Source: Mobula hypostoma
Lineage: Eukaryota
Length of the DNA: 64,000 nt
Direction: 5' to 3'
NCBI RefSeq assembly: GCF_963921235.1
Contig: NC_086110.1
Location: 9,238,001 to 9,302,000, forward strand
Shown: in pieces, positions 11,161-24,204 of the stretch
Position numbering within the stretch: position 1 is the stretch's first letter
Layout of the letters: the number at the start of each line of letters is the position of its first letter
Position numbers and translations under genes: made by a program
Notes under the pieces: model-generated
The model's database searches: none
Told to the model about the DNA's origin: nothing
The model's input: the letters and a program-made list of their open reading frames with translations, nothing else

Positions 11161-12199
11161 TTTATGAAACTTACTTAACTAAAGGAAAGAAAAGAAAGAA
11201 CAAAAACAAAAAGGGCCCATAATAATTATGTGCTCAAGTTGGAGCTCATCTTGCACTTCTCTGTCACTCGCGTGCTAGGCTGTAAAGAGAAAGCTATGGA
11301 TGAAGGTGAACAAAAGTGCAGACTAGGTCTAGAATTAATTCAGACCCAGACTGGAAATAATCAAGACAATACAAACGAAATGCCAAGGCGAAATCACAAA
11401 CAGCAGCACTAGAAATGGAATTCCTTCGATTGAGCAGTCAGTACTCAACACGAGGCCTTTAGGTACAGACTTTCCATGAAGAAATGTGGCAGGAAATAAT
11501 TGGCAGCCTGGTCTTAAAGAGATAGCGGCAGCTAACCATACTCCCGGGGAATTGAATTGCCAAGACTAGCATGTCTGCACTATTCAGTCAGCACCGTGAC
11601 AATTGTTTTATCATATTATGTACTAGATTTTGAAATTTATCATCCTTGTTCTCCGATCACTAACTTCCTTGCTCTGGATCTCTATAAATTAATTCAGCCC
11701 TACTACAACTGCGAGATATTAATCGGCTTGGAATTATGTGCACTTTACCGTACTGAAATCAGTCCCACCCTGTCTCAATTCCCTATCACACAGAAAAATT
11801 CAAGAAAACCCATCAGATTATTTCCTTTCACCTTTTCACCTTTTAAATCTTGCAGAACACTTCAGCTGAACATGGAATAACACTCACAGTAGCAAAGCAC
11901 TTTGATCCATGATGCCAAACCAAATTTATCTTCTTGGACCTGATCAATATTCTCCCATACCCTGCAAGTTGATGTTGGCGTCATACATCTCCTAATTGCC
12001 ACTATCGTGTCTGCCTCCACCACCTGCCCAGGCAGCAGACTTCTAAATACCTACCAATTTCTGCTTAAAATAAAGAAATTTGCCCCTCACCTTAAAGCTA
12101 TGCCCTGTAATATTTCCCATTTTTACCAAGGATAATGACCCTACATGTCTACACGTTACCTCCCTCAATGTTAGAAACTTCTGTCAGGTCTCTGCTCAA

Positions 12200-12900
12200 C
12201 TGTTGCAAAGAAAAGAGCAATACAAACAAAATTCTGGTGGAACACCAGCAGGTCTGGCAGTATCTATGGAAAAGAATAAACAGTCCTTGCTCTTTGCTTC
12301 ATCCCTCCCCCTCCAAGTTTTGCCTATCGTGTGGCGTTTCTCTCTCACCTACCCCCACCTTTCAAATCTACTCCTCAGAATTTTTTCTCCAGTCTTGCCA
12401 AAGGGTTTCGGCCCAAAACATCCACTGTACTTTTTCCCATACATGCTGCCTGCCTGATGAGTTCCTGTAGAATTTTGTGTGTGTCACCAAGGGAAGATAA
12501 CATACAGATAAAGAGAAGAGGTAAGGTGTTAGATTGGGGAATAGAAGAGGAGAGAATGGATAGGGAAATAATCACTGGAAGGAAAAATCGATTTCTATAC
12601 CATCAGGTTGGAATATGATATGTTGCTCCTCCATCCCCAGAGTGGCCTCGACATAGCAGAAGTGAAGGCTGTAGTTGTCAAAATTGCTAGGGGAAAAGGA
12701 ATAAGAGTAGTTGACAACCAGGAAATTCTGCTCTTTGTGGATGGAGTGGAGGTCCTCAGAAAAGTGGTTCCCCATTTTACACCACACAGAGAAAATGCTG
12801 GAGGAATTCAGCAGGCAGGCAGCATCTATGGATAAAAGTTGATGTTCGATGTACCAGGCCGAGACCATCAGGACTCAAATTTATGTTGGGCCCAACAATA
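12200..12900. repeat. Composite of Penelope-derived tail fragments in both orientations with degenerate hammerhead cores
   Basis: Inverted gctgcctg/cagcagg units at 12225-12270 and 12440-12480; degenerate agggtttcggcccaaaac at ~12400; Penelope 3' sequence 12590-12680. Confidence 0.6.
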
Positions 12901-13261
12901 TAGAGCAGGGTGCATCAAGAGCACTGGATATATTAGTCGAGGGAGATTGGTGGCGACAGATGAGTGGACAAGGGAATAACACAGAGAGTGATCCCTGCAG
13001 AAAGGGAGGGGGGAGGAGGGGGGAATATTTGCTTTGTGGTAAGATCCCAAGAAGATGGCGGACGTTGTAGGGAATGATGTGTTGTATATATATTTTAACC
13101 AATTATTTACTTACCTGTCTACTTATATATCTATTTAGTTATCTAAGTATGTGTGCATGCATGTGAGTACTTATTTATTTACTTAGGGATACAGCATGTA
13201 ATAGGCTCCTCCGGCCCGTTGAGCGTACTGCCAGCAACCCATGAATTTAACCCTAGCCTAA

Positions 13262-16162
13262 TTGCGGATCACTCAGCAAGTTTTTTACACTGATAGGTCT
13301 GCCAGAGAAATTCAATTTGACCAGGGCAGTAACTTTACTTTGGGAACATTCCAGGGGATAGTTAGAGAATTGGAAGCTAAACACGTGGTGTCATCTACAT
13401 ATCACACAGCGTCCAAGGGAGGCTTGGAACGGCGCATCTCAACTCTTAAGTCCATGATTAAAGCACATTGTTTGAGAAAGGGGAAAAATTGAGATGAGGG
13501 GGTTCCCCTACTCTTAATTATTGTTGGAGATTCGATTCAGAAGGCAGTGAAGGGTAGTTTGTTGGAACTTGTATTCAGTTACAGGGCAAAAGGACTTTTG
13601 ACCCTACTTAGAGAACTATAGTCTGATTTAGAAATATGTGTCAGTGTGCTTAATTCTGTTTTAAAATTCTGGGAAAGATTTAGTAGGCTTTGTGACTTTG
13701 CCAAGGAAAGTTTACAAAATGGTCGAGTCAAAATAAGACATTTGTTTGCTAGAATTGCAGCTGGGAGAATTGTTATGGAACAAAATGGAGTCGTGGAAGC
13801 TGATAAAGGAGTGGAAAAGCATGTTTACCCACTGAATCTAGACTCATCGAGATGTCAGAATTCCATTGTTTTGAAAAATATTACTGATAAGGTCCAGCAG
13901 TTGGACCCAAAACCACAAAAGCAAGTAAAAGGACTAACTGGCATTTTGAAATGGTGCACAGTTGTAGTGCATCACGTCATTATGAATTCAGCCCAGCCTA
14001 TGAAACGGCATCTTCACAGAGCGAACTTTGAGAAAAGTAAAATGGTTGAAGAAGAAATTAGAAATAGGAAAGAACAAGGAAAGAGAATGGATGACTGTAT
14101 TGATAGAGTGGGGAAGGCTAAATACCTTGTTAAGATTGACTTGTTAAAAGGATACTGTGGTGTTCCTTTAACAGAGAGGGCTAAAGAGATTTAGGCATTT
14201 GTGACACCATCTAGACTGTATGAGTACAATGTTTTACACTTCGGGATGAAAAATCCTCCAGGGACATTTCAAAGAATGATCAATTCTGTGATTGGAGGGT
14301 TAGAAAGCACAGGGGTTTATATCAAGGATTTAGTGGTCTGGAATGACACGTGGGAAGAGCATATTGCAGCTGTAGAAAAACAGTTTGACAGACTTTTCAA
14401 GGCCAATCTTACTGTGAACCTCGCTAGAAGTGAGTTTGGCCATGCCACAGTTACATATCTGGGTTATGTGGTAGGCCAGGGCCAAATGGCTCCTGTGCAG
14501 GCCAAGGTTCAAGCTGTTGCTGAAGTTCCTGTTCTGATGGGTAAGGAAGCTTTAAGAAGGTTTTTAGGAATGGTTAGGAATTATTGTAAGTTACGTAAGA
14601 ACTTTGCTGATATCGCTCTCCCCCTAACAAAACTCCTGGGGAACAGTGAAAGATTTGAATGGAATGACCTTTGCAAGGAGGCATTTGAATGTCTGGAAAC
14701 CATCCTGTGTTATCATCCTGTGCTCAAAGCACCTAATTTTTCCAAGCCATTTTCTATAGTAACAGACGCTAGTGATGAAACTGCTGGGGCAGTACTTTTA
14801 TAGAAAGGAGTGAATGACATTGAACATCCAGTTGCTTATTTATCAAAGAACTTTAATGTATACCAGAAAAATTATTCAGCTGTTGAAAAGGAATTACTAG
14901 CACTTATTCTGGCTTTACACCATTTTGAGGTCTCAGATCATAGGCCTCAAAATCTCTCTGTTGCCCAGACACTACTTGTGGTTTACATGGGTTATGATCC
15001 ATTGATGTTTCTAACCAAGATGAAGGGTAAGAATAGAAGATTGTTAAATTGGAGTTTGATATTGCAGGAATGTGACTTAAAAATCAAACATGTGAAAGAT
15101 ACTGACAATGTTATAGCTGATTTGGTATCCAGATGTTAAATTGGAAATTGCACACATTTTTACTCAGTCATCTGATGATTTTACTAGTGTTGTTTCAAAC
15201 TCTGTAATTTACATTTAGACAAAAAAAATCATCGTCAATTTTTTTTCCTCTGAGGAAGGGGAGCATGAGGGGATCCTGAAGTGCCCCTATTAACTGTGCT
15301 TTTGAAGAGAGGGAGAGGGAGAGGAAGAGGGAGATGAACAGTTGGACTGTCAGTTTAAGGCCCTGGAAGTAACTTTGGATTTCTACTGAGCTTGGAGTTG
15401 GAGGCAGCACCGAGCAGCTCGAAAGTTGCTATGGTGACCGAAGGCAGGTTGTTGATACGTCTTCAAGGACAGTTTGCCTGCTTGCATTTCTTCACAGACA
15501 AAGGAAGGAGGGATTATTTGAATGACAGGTGGCACCCAGTACGGTGAGATAAAATAGGAGGTCAGATGATACAGACCTCAGGCACACTGTTCTGGACACT
15601 GAATGAGCATTGTTGTGCCCGCAGGAAAAGTGGGTTTTGGAGGATCGATCAGGCAGATCGATCTGTCACTCTAACAGTGGAAAGGAGGAAAAGGCGTTGA
15701 CTGCTGGGGAGTTGTCCATGTGTCCACCCTCACCTGGGGGATAGCTCCACAACAGAAAACCGGTCCCCTTTGTTGAAGTCACAGTCAGTGACTTTTAAAG
15801 GATTTCGAAGGACAGCAAGAAGATCAATGGCATCAGCTTACCTGAAGACTCAAATCTCTCCCTCTCTCTCTCCATCACTACTCAACTAAAGACCACGAAC
15901 TGAACTGAATTTTACTCATCATCGTAAGACTGTATCTTTTTACCCCTAGACTGAAAGAAGCTTGGTTTTTCATACATATATTTCCACACTTACTGATATA
16001 CTTGCTTATATATATAATCATTGCTAACCTGTTTGATTTACCTACATTTATATCACTGTATTGCGTAGTTACTAATAAATATTATTAGTTTATAGCAATA
16101 CTGGACTCCAAAGTGTTTTCCATCTCTGCTGGTACTTTATTCCCATCACGGGATATGTGACA
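13262..16162 (+). mobile_element. Gmr1-like Ty3/Gypsy LTR retrotransposon (integrase upstream of RT-RNase H), 5'-truncated, with 3' LTR ~15264-16162
   Basis: Integrase motifs (IQFDQGSNF...YHTASKGGLERRISTLKSM) 13262-13500 precede RT (KIDLLKGY, FGMKNPPGTFQR, YIKDL) 14100-14500 and RNase H (TDASD.TAGAVL, YSAVEKELLAL) 14750-15139; purine tract 15252-15263; LTR ends TGTGACA. Confidence 0.85.
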
Positions 16163-16873
16163 CTTGTCATTGTCTTCTGTAGACTTGACTATTCTGATGC
16201 ATTACTGGACAGGTGCACTTTTTCTACACAGCAAATGGGCGAGAATTCAGAAAATATCGCACAGAAAATTTAGATCCAATTCCATTCATCCTGACGATTT
16301 TTTAACCAGTCTAGGAATTCAATAACTGTAATTTAAAGTCTCAATCCACTGCCTGAATCCATGACTCCCGATCTTCACATTTTTTCATTTCTATGATCTG
16401 TGCCTTCAGCAGTCCCAATTCAATACTTCTGCTGTACAACTAATTGCTATGCATTGAAGTCCTGGAATTGCCATCCTATTATTTTAAACTTAATTTCACA
16501 ATTATTTTAAAATTATTTTTCTTAAATCCCCACCCCACACCTACTTATTTCACAGCGTTTGATTATCTGCCAAATACTGAATTATGGGGCCCAGGCACAA
16601 GTTTTGCTTGCAAAAACTTTTAAGTGTGTTTGGATTTTGGTAGGTTACATGCTCTACACAAATACAATGTTTTAAGTCATCCCACCGGACTTCATTTGGC
16701 AACATTGGCTTCGGAATGATTACTCGCAATTCAATGCCTTGCACAGCGAACGTTGCACTGTGAATGCGGCTTACATATACATTTTCTCCCAGTGTGGGCA
16801 TCTATCCATCTGAATTTCTATTATAGGTTATATCTACTCAACCGATTCCAGCTGCAGCCACTTCCAGTCATAC

Positions 16874-17676
16874 CTTGTTCGACGACGTAGCTGACTTGGA
16901 GTACTGTGCTCAGTTCTGGTTGCCTCAGTACATGAAAGGATGTGGAAACCCATTGAAAGGGTGTAGAGGATACTTACAAGGATGTTGCCTGGATTGGGAG
17001 ACATGCCTTATGAGAATAGGTTGAGTGAACTTGGCCTTTTCTCCTTGGAGTGACGGAGGATGAGAGGTGACCTGATAGATGAAGATGATGAGAGGCATTG
17101 ATCGTGTGGATAGTCAGAGGCTTTTGCCCAGGGCTGAAATGGCTAGCATGACAGGGCACAGTTTTGTGGTGCTTGGAAGTAGGTACAGAGGAGATGTCAG
17201 GGGTAAGTTTTTTTTACGCAGAGAGTGGTGAGTGCGTGGAATAGGCTGCCAGCAACGGTAGTGGAGGCGGATACAGACTCTAGATAGGTACATGGAGCTC
17301 AGAAAAATAGAGGGCTATGGGTAACCCTAGGTAATTTCTAAGGTAAGGACAAGGTTGGCAGAGCTTTGTGGCCCGAAGAGCCTGCATTGTACTGCAGGTT
17401 TTCTATGTTTCTAGGTTTCCTATCAAGTCGGCACTGGGGAAGATACAATATACCAGGCAGATGTAAATGTCTTTACCCCAGGAAGGATGCACTACTTCCA
17501 AAAAACTGAGAGCCCCGAACAATCCATCCGCACTTCTGTTTATCATGGTTTGTATTCTGGTCAGAATTTCTACATTATTTCTCCACCAGAAGATTTCTAG
17601 TTTCTTTGGATAAAACGCAGCAGTTTTACACATTAGTTCAGGAGTTCCTTCAACTTCAGCAATGGATTCGGAGGAG
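16874..17676 (-). pseudogene. Ig C1-set exon of gene 2, frameshifted and split by a CR1 insertion
   Basis: Acceptor tatttcAG 17678-17677; (A)PPNPLLKL / EGTPELMCKTAAFYPKKLEIFWWRN...DGLFGALSFLEV...YICLV...GNL [CR1 16894-17412] SYVVEQ+G with donor GTATGA at 16873 (phase 1). CxxxxFYP, W and YxC are C1 hallmarks. Confidence 0.85.
16894..17412 (+). mobile_element. 5'-truncated CR1 LINE inserted antisense into the C1 exon
   Basis: Starts acttggagtactgtgctcagttctgg (HLEYCAQFW), ends ttctatgtttct tail; removal restores GGA AAC CTC AGC TAC (GNLSY). Confidence 0.88.
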
Positions 17677-18189
17677 CTGAAATATAAAGCATATATTGTA
17701 TGTTGATACAAGAGACTGCAGATGTTAGAAATCTGGAGTAATGCACAAAAGAGCTGGAGGACCTCAGCAGATGAGGCACACCTATGAAAGGATATGGACA
17801 ACTGAAGTTTACAGTCTTGACCCTTCATCATTTCCATTCATAGAAGCTGCCTGATCTACTTCATATTTTATGTTTCCTTGCAACCTAGGTAAACGTATTC
17901 CAGATTCATTTCTATGTTTACCTTGATGTGATTCTATATTGCATTAGTTAATCAAATTACAAAGAAGAGACAATCTTCAAATGCTGAAAATTCGAGCAAC
18001 ACACAAAATGCTGAAGGAAATCAGCAGGTCAGGAAGCACCTATGGAAAAAGTATAGTCGATGTTTCGGGCCGAAGTGTTCCTCCAGCATTTCATGTATGT
18101 TGCTTGCATTAGTTAATCATGCAATTATTTAAAAACTCAGTGTATCATTAATTCAGAAATGCTTTTACAGCAGATAACAAAATTGTAAG

Positions 18190-18740
18190 TACATCCCAGC
18201 AAGTACATACTGATGGACTTTTACCGCTGTACCATTGAGAACATACTCATCAACTGCATCTCAGTGTGGTATGGCAATTGTTCCATATCAGACCGCAAAG
18301 CACCCAGCGTGTGGTGAAAACTGCCCAGCAGATTATCGGCACCCAATTGCCCACCATCGAGAACATCTACCATAAACGCCGGGCAGGGCGAAAAGCATTA
18401 TCAAGGATGCATCTCACCCTAACCATGGACTTTTTACTCTCCTCCCATCCAGTAGGCGCTACAGGAGCCTCCGCTCCAACACCTGCAGGCACAGGAAGAA
18501 CTTCTTCCCTGAGGCTGTGACCCTGCTGAACCTCACATCACAGTGCTCAGCAGTATTGCACCCATATTGTACTGTCTCGGTACTTTTACATTTGTGTGCT
18601 GTGGCACTTACTTTTTATTCGCAGTTATTTCGTAAATAACACAATTCTTTGCATTTCTGGTCCAATATTAACTGCATTTCATTGGGTTTGTATCTGTACT
18701 CGGCACAATGACAATAAAGTTGAATCTAATCTAATCTAAT
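18190..18740 (+). mobile_element. L2-like LINE 3' fragment
   Basis: FYRCTIENILINCISVWYGNC...IIGTQLPTIENIY; tail aataaagttgaatctaatctaatct. Confidence 0.8.
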
Positions 18741-19399
18741 ATATGAAACTTACTAATGTCTGCATGATGATCAGAGAAGACACCAAAGTTGAGAACTGGC
18801 ATGGAAAATCTTGCATACTATTTTAGTTATAGACGTATTTCTGTGTTAACTTTACATCAAGGCTTTCTTTTCGACATTTGATTTTTTTTTGCAAGAATCT
18901 GTGCAACGAAATGTGGTACAGCTCAGATTCGAGTTGGAAACATGAGTATATTTTACACCTCGGGTCTGATCATTTCACTGGATGGTGATTCCTCTGACTT
19001 TCAACCCCACCATGCTATCTCCCTTACCAAACAGCTCCAACGGAACTCACTGCAGTTATCTGCATAGCACTCTATTTCCTTTTTTTGTTGTTGTAGTTGG
19101 TCAGGAGAAGTACACGCTACTGATAATTTGCAACAATACATTAACTTTGCATTTTAAAATGCCAGAAAGTTTCCCGATGAATGCATTAGCAGGGGAAACG
19201 CTAGACATTATATTGTTACACATATTCTGAGGGCAGCTTGTTGACATAAGACCCATGAGACCATACGAAATGTGAGCAGAATTGGGCCAAAGGGCCCATC
19301 TGCTCTGTCGTTCCATCACAGTTGATTTATTACCCTTCTCAAACCATCTGCTCTGCCACTTCATGATAGTTGCTTTATTATCCCGCTCAGCCCTACAGT

Positions 19400-20010
19400 C
19401 CCACATTTGACATGACATCAAAATGTTCACAAACTTGTATAAATGTGTTGTGGAGAGTACATTGACTGGCTGCATCACAGCCTGGAATACAAACGCCAAT
19501 TACTTTGAACAGAAGATCCTATAAAAGGTGCTGGACTCAACCCAGTACATCACGGGTAAAAGCTTTCCCAACCACTGAGCACACCATCATGAAATTCTGT
19601 TGCAGGAAAGCAACATCTATAATCAGAGATGCTCACCACCCAGGGTATGTTTTTTTCTCACTGCTTCCATCAGGTAGAAAGTAGAAGCCTCAGGTCTTGC
19701 ACCACCAAGTTCAAGGACAGTTACTACCCCTCAACCATCAGGCTCTTGAACAAAGGCGGATAACTACACTCACTTGCCCATCCATTGAGATGTCCCACAA
19801 ACAAATATTTCACTTTAAGTACACTTTATCATATTACTTCATGTTCTCGGTATGAATTGCTATTTAATTATATTTGCAATTGCAACGTTTGTTGTCTTCT
19901 ATACTCTACTTGTTCTTTCATTGATCCTTATGTAAATACTCAGATTTGCTGAGTCTGCCTGCAGGAAATGAATCTTGGAGTTGTATGTGGTGACATACTT
20001 TGATAATAAA
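19400..20010 (+). mobile_element. L2-like LINE 3' fragment
   Basis: Same family peptide (CVVESTLTGCITAW...HHPGYVFFSLLPSGRK). Confidence 0.75.
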
Positions 20011-20029
20011 ATATACTTTAAATTGAACT

Positions 20030-21640
20030 TTAGACCCTTAGTCCTTAGCCTTTCATCCCCTTGTTTTTAAAAACCCTGTTTTAAATATACTCAATCACTT
20101 GGCTTCCAAGCTGTCTATGGCAATAAGTTTCAGGAAGTCACCAACTTCTGGCTCAAGAAATTCCTCCTCGTCTCTGTTTTAAAAGGACATCATCGTGTTC
20201 TGATGCTGTGCCATATGGTCTCAGCATCCCTCACTACGGGAATTATTCTCTCCACATCCTCTCTACCTGGGCTTTCAATATTCGATAGGTTTCAACGAGA
20301 CTCCCCCCCCCCCGTTCTTCTAATCTCCAGTGTATACAAGTCCAGAGCCATCAAACGCTCCTCATATTTCATTCCTGAAATCATTCTCGCAAACATATTG
20401 CCGCGATTTCATTTCGTAGATTAGTGGCCTGAAGCTGATGGCAATACTCCAAGTGTGGTCTGATGAATTCTTTATTAAACCTGAGCATTACATCTTTGCG
20501 TTTATAGTCCAGTCCTCCCGAAATAACTGTACCATTGCATTTGCTTTCCTTACCATCAACTCATCATGTAAGTTGAACTTTAGGACATCCTGTACGAGGG
20601 CTCCCAAATCTCTTTACAGTTCCCATTTCCGATTTTTCTCCCATTTAGAAAGTAGTATACTCTTCTATTCCTTCTGCAAAATTGCATGACCATACACTTC
20701 CCAGCACTATATTTCATCTACTACCTATTTGCCCATTTTCTTAAACCATCTAAGTACTTCTGCAGATTCATGACTTCCTCAACACTATCTGCCAATGTAG
20801 CTATCTTTGTGTCATAGCAAAATTGCCCACAAAGCCATTAATTTCATCAACCAAATCATTGGCATGTAACGTAAAAAGAAACGGTCCCAAAAACAACCCC
20901 TGTCTACCAGCACTAGTTACCGACAGCCAGACAGAAAAGGCTATCTTTCACCCCTGCCAGTCTGACTATCTTCTGTCTACGCTAGTATCTTTACTGTATT
21001 ACTACGTGTTCTTATCTTGTTCAGCAGCATCCAGTGTGGCATCCTGTTAAAGGCCTCTGAAAATCCAAGTAAATGACATCCACTAACTTTCATTTGTCTA
21101 CTCAGCCTGTCAATTCCTTAAAGAATTCCAGCAGATGTCTCAGACAAAATTTCCACTGAAGGAAACCATGCTGACTTCAGCCTAATTATCATGTGTCTCA
21201 AAGTACCCCGAGTGCACATCCTTAATAATGAGGCCAACATCTTTCCAGCTGTTGAAGTCAGGTCTATACTTTTCTATATTTGGCCTATTCTTTTCTATAT
21301 TTGTCTCCCTCCCTTCTTTGAGAGTTTTGCAATTTTCCAGTCCTGCTGAACCATACCAGTTGCGATTGATTCTCGAAACGTCATGACGATTGCCTCAAGA
21401 ATCTCTTCAGATGCCTCTTTCAGAAGCCTGAGGTGTAGTCCATCTGGTCCAAGTGACTTATCACTCTCCAGACTTTTCTGCCTCCCAAGCAGCTTCCCTT
21501 TGTAAAAGCAATTACACTCACTCCTGCCCCCTGGCACTCTTGAATTTTTGCCATACAGCTGGTGTCCTCCAGAGTGAAAGCTGATTCAAAAGACTTATTG
21601 AGTTCGTCGGATATTTCTTTGTCCCCCATTACTCCATGAT
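20030..21640 (-). mobile_element. CR1-like LINE fragment (decayed RT)
   Basis: Minus ORFs KSLGPDGLHLRLLKEASEEI, DKEISDELNKSFESAF are CR1 ORF2 linker motifs. Confidence 0.8.
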
Positions 21641-22059
21641 CATTTTCCAGTGATTCAATATCTACTCATGTCTCTCTTTTACATTTTATATACCTAAAAA
21701 AATCTTTTGATATCCTCTTTAATATTATTGCCTAGCTTACCTTCATATTTTATATATTACCCCACCACCACATTTCAGCCTTACCTGCCCTTTGCAAATA
21801 GATCTGGCGCTTAGATCAATAAGGCCCAGCTCTTGGTTGAGGTGGACAGGCCCCGAATCTGCCTCTCTTTGGCTCCACTCGGTCCTTGAATAAGCCTCGA
21901 CCTTGCCCGAAATTCACCTCAACCCATGCACTGTGACCCTCGATTCAGCCTCACCTTCGCTTGCCTCTCATTGTGGTGATCCTTTACCATATCTTCTTTT
22001 TTTAACCAGAAAAAGTGTTATTAATAAAATATTTAGTTCTCATTCTTCACAAAAAAAAG

Positions 22060-22245
22060 AAAATCTGCAGATGTTGGAAATCCAAGCAGCACACACAAAA
22101 TGCTGGAGGAACTCAGCAGGCCAGGCAGCATCTCCTCCTCGGCTTTTTTTCTCCAAAGGTTCTTGGCCTGAAACGTCGACTGTACTCGTTTCCATAGATG
22201 CTGCCTGTCTTGCTGAGTTCCTGCAGCATTTTGTGTGTGTTGCGT
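22060..22245. repeat. Inverted pair of Penelope/SINE tail units with truncated hammerhead core
   Basis: acacacaaaatgctggaggaactcagcagg...catct is inverted as agatgctgcctgtcttgctgagttcctgcagcattttgtgtgtgt; ggcctGAAACGTCgactg in between. Confidence 0.8.
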
Positions 22246-23522
22246 GTTTGAAATTCTTGTTTCGTTAATCACCAGTAAGTTGTCACTCACCCTCAGCAGT
22301 GCCATCTTTTGTCTCCTCCACACATCGTAAAACTTCTTCTATGGCATGTATGTATCCTATGCCTTCCAAACTGTTCCCAGAAACTCCATTCATTGCTGTT
22401 CTGCCATCATCGCTGCTTGTTCTCCCTTCCAATTAACTTGGGCCAGCTCCTCTCTCATGCCTCTGTAGTTGCCTTTTTTTCACTGTAATACTGATATATC
22501 TGATTTTAGCTTTTCCGTTGCAAACTGCAGTGTGAATTCTATCATATTATGATCATTGCTTCCTAACGATTCCTTTGAAATTGCATTTATTAGACAACAC
22601 CCAATCCAGAATTGTCTTTCCCTGGTGGGTTGAACCACAAGTTGCTGTACAAAGCCATTTCATACCATTCTACAAGTTCCTTCTCTTGGTATCCATCACC
22701 AACCTAACTTCCCCAATCGATATGCATTGCCTTTTGCAGCATTGCCCTTTTTACATGCCTCTTCTTTCTTTCGTTATAAGTTGTACCCCACATCCTGGCT
22801 ACTATTCAGAGGTCTGTATATGACTCCTATTGGGGTCTTTTCACTCTTGTAACTTCATCTACAAGGATTCTATATCTTCGGAGCCCATGCCACCTTCTTC
22901 TAGGGATGTCATTAGATTTTTTTGTATTGCCAGTTGAGCCACTCTGTCTACCTGTTTGTCTCCTTGATACAGTGTGTTTCCTTCATGTGTGTAAGCTCCC
23001 AACTATGATCAGTGATGCACATAATGTCGTACCTGACAGTTTTTAACTACACTACAAGATCAGCTACCATAGATGCTGCCTGTCTTGCTGAGTTGTGTAC
23101 ATTGTGTATCATTGTGTACATTCAAATATAACATATTCACCTTTGTTTCCATTTATCCTCCTTGTTACACTCCAATTCATCTCACTGACTGCAATTTTGC
23201 TCTATCATCTGGTTATCCTTCTTTTAAGTCTCAGTACACACTGCATTTACCTGCATACTACCAGTCCCATCCTCAGCCTTATCACTCCAATTCCTCTCTT
23301 TACTTTTGCATAAAGTGCTAGATGTAGGATTAAATCTAGGGAGGAGTCTCTGAACTTATTGTTGTTGTCCTTCCTTGGTGAGAAGAAATCTGGTCTTCTA
23401 CCACAGTTATCCTTTTCAAATAAAATACAGACATCTACTTCAACATCTTGTTTGCAAAGCAGCTCTAATTCTAGATCAAAGTTACTTTCTCAGCATTCAA
23501 CCTTTTTCTTAAGCCCGTTCAC

Positions 23523-23830
23523 TGAACAGAATGAACTGAGAGCCACCTCCAATCCCTAAAGAAAGTCCTTGATGTTTTGCATGACAGTAATATATGCCAG
23601 AGTCAGCAACATTCACATTCAGAAGGATAAATATCACTCTTCCCCTTTCTACATTAAATTGTTTTCTACCGTCTTGTTGTATTAATGTTTATTGTCATCC
23701 TCCCACCAATAAATATCAAAAGTATTCTGTAAAATGGGAATCTTGCAGAACATGGTAACTTCTGCACCTCCAGCGACTTCCAAGTCTTTTGGAATTTGAG
23801 AGACTCTACCCGAACTTACTTTCACAGCTA
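23523..23830 (-). pseudogene. Second germline-joined VJ exon (gene 2), 1-nt frameshift, mutated acceptor
   Basis: AVKVSSGRVSQIPKDLEVAGGAEVTMFCKIPILQNTFDIYWWEDDN / KTLIQQDGRKQFNVERGRVIFILLNVNVADSGIYYCHAKHQGLSLGIGGGSQFILF; about 46% identical to the 2605-2913 domain by manual alignment; one A missing in a run near 23690; acceptor CTAG>CTGG; weak donor GTGAAC. Confidence 0.88.
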
Positions 23831-24204
23831 CCAGAAATAAAGCAAAAAGGGGTGAGATTAGATATATATGAGAAAATGAAAAGAATAAATGGATTAAAAT
23901 ATAGAACAAAATGAACAATTTAGACTAAACAAGTTAAATCATAATTCATGAACGATACACACATCTTAGCGCACCATGCCAAACAAAAGCAAATAGTGCC
24001 ATATACCAAACGGCCGACATGTTAAAAAAGTAAGTTCTCCACTTGCTGTAAATTAAGTAATATCTTTCTAGGTTTGTCAAATCCATAGGATTTTGTAAGG
24101 AAATGTATCAACCATGTGATTATGTCGTTGAATAACACATCACTAATGGCCTGCTTGACTTTTCACGAGGGTACAAATCTCTCCAAGCAAACAACTACTT
24201 TCAT

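Noticed and set aside
16550-16809. ORF in frame with the C1 donor after a 64-nt intron (NVYVSRIHSATFAV) as an alternative TM exon
   Set aside because: Immediate stop codon, poor pyrimidine tract and not hydrophobic enough; 8652-8769 is a better TM candidate.
24040-24086. Leader exon for gene 2 (ATG at 24086)
   Set aside because: Position fits but there is no canonical donor in phase and similarity to leader 1 is weak; not listed as a feature.
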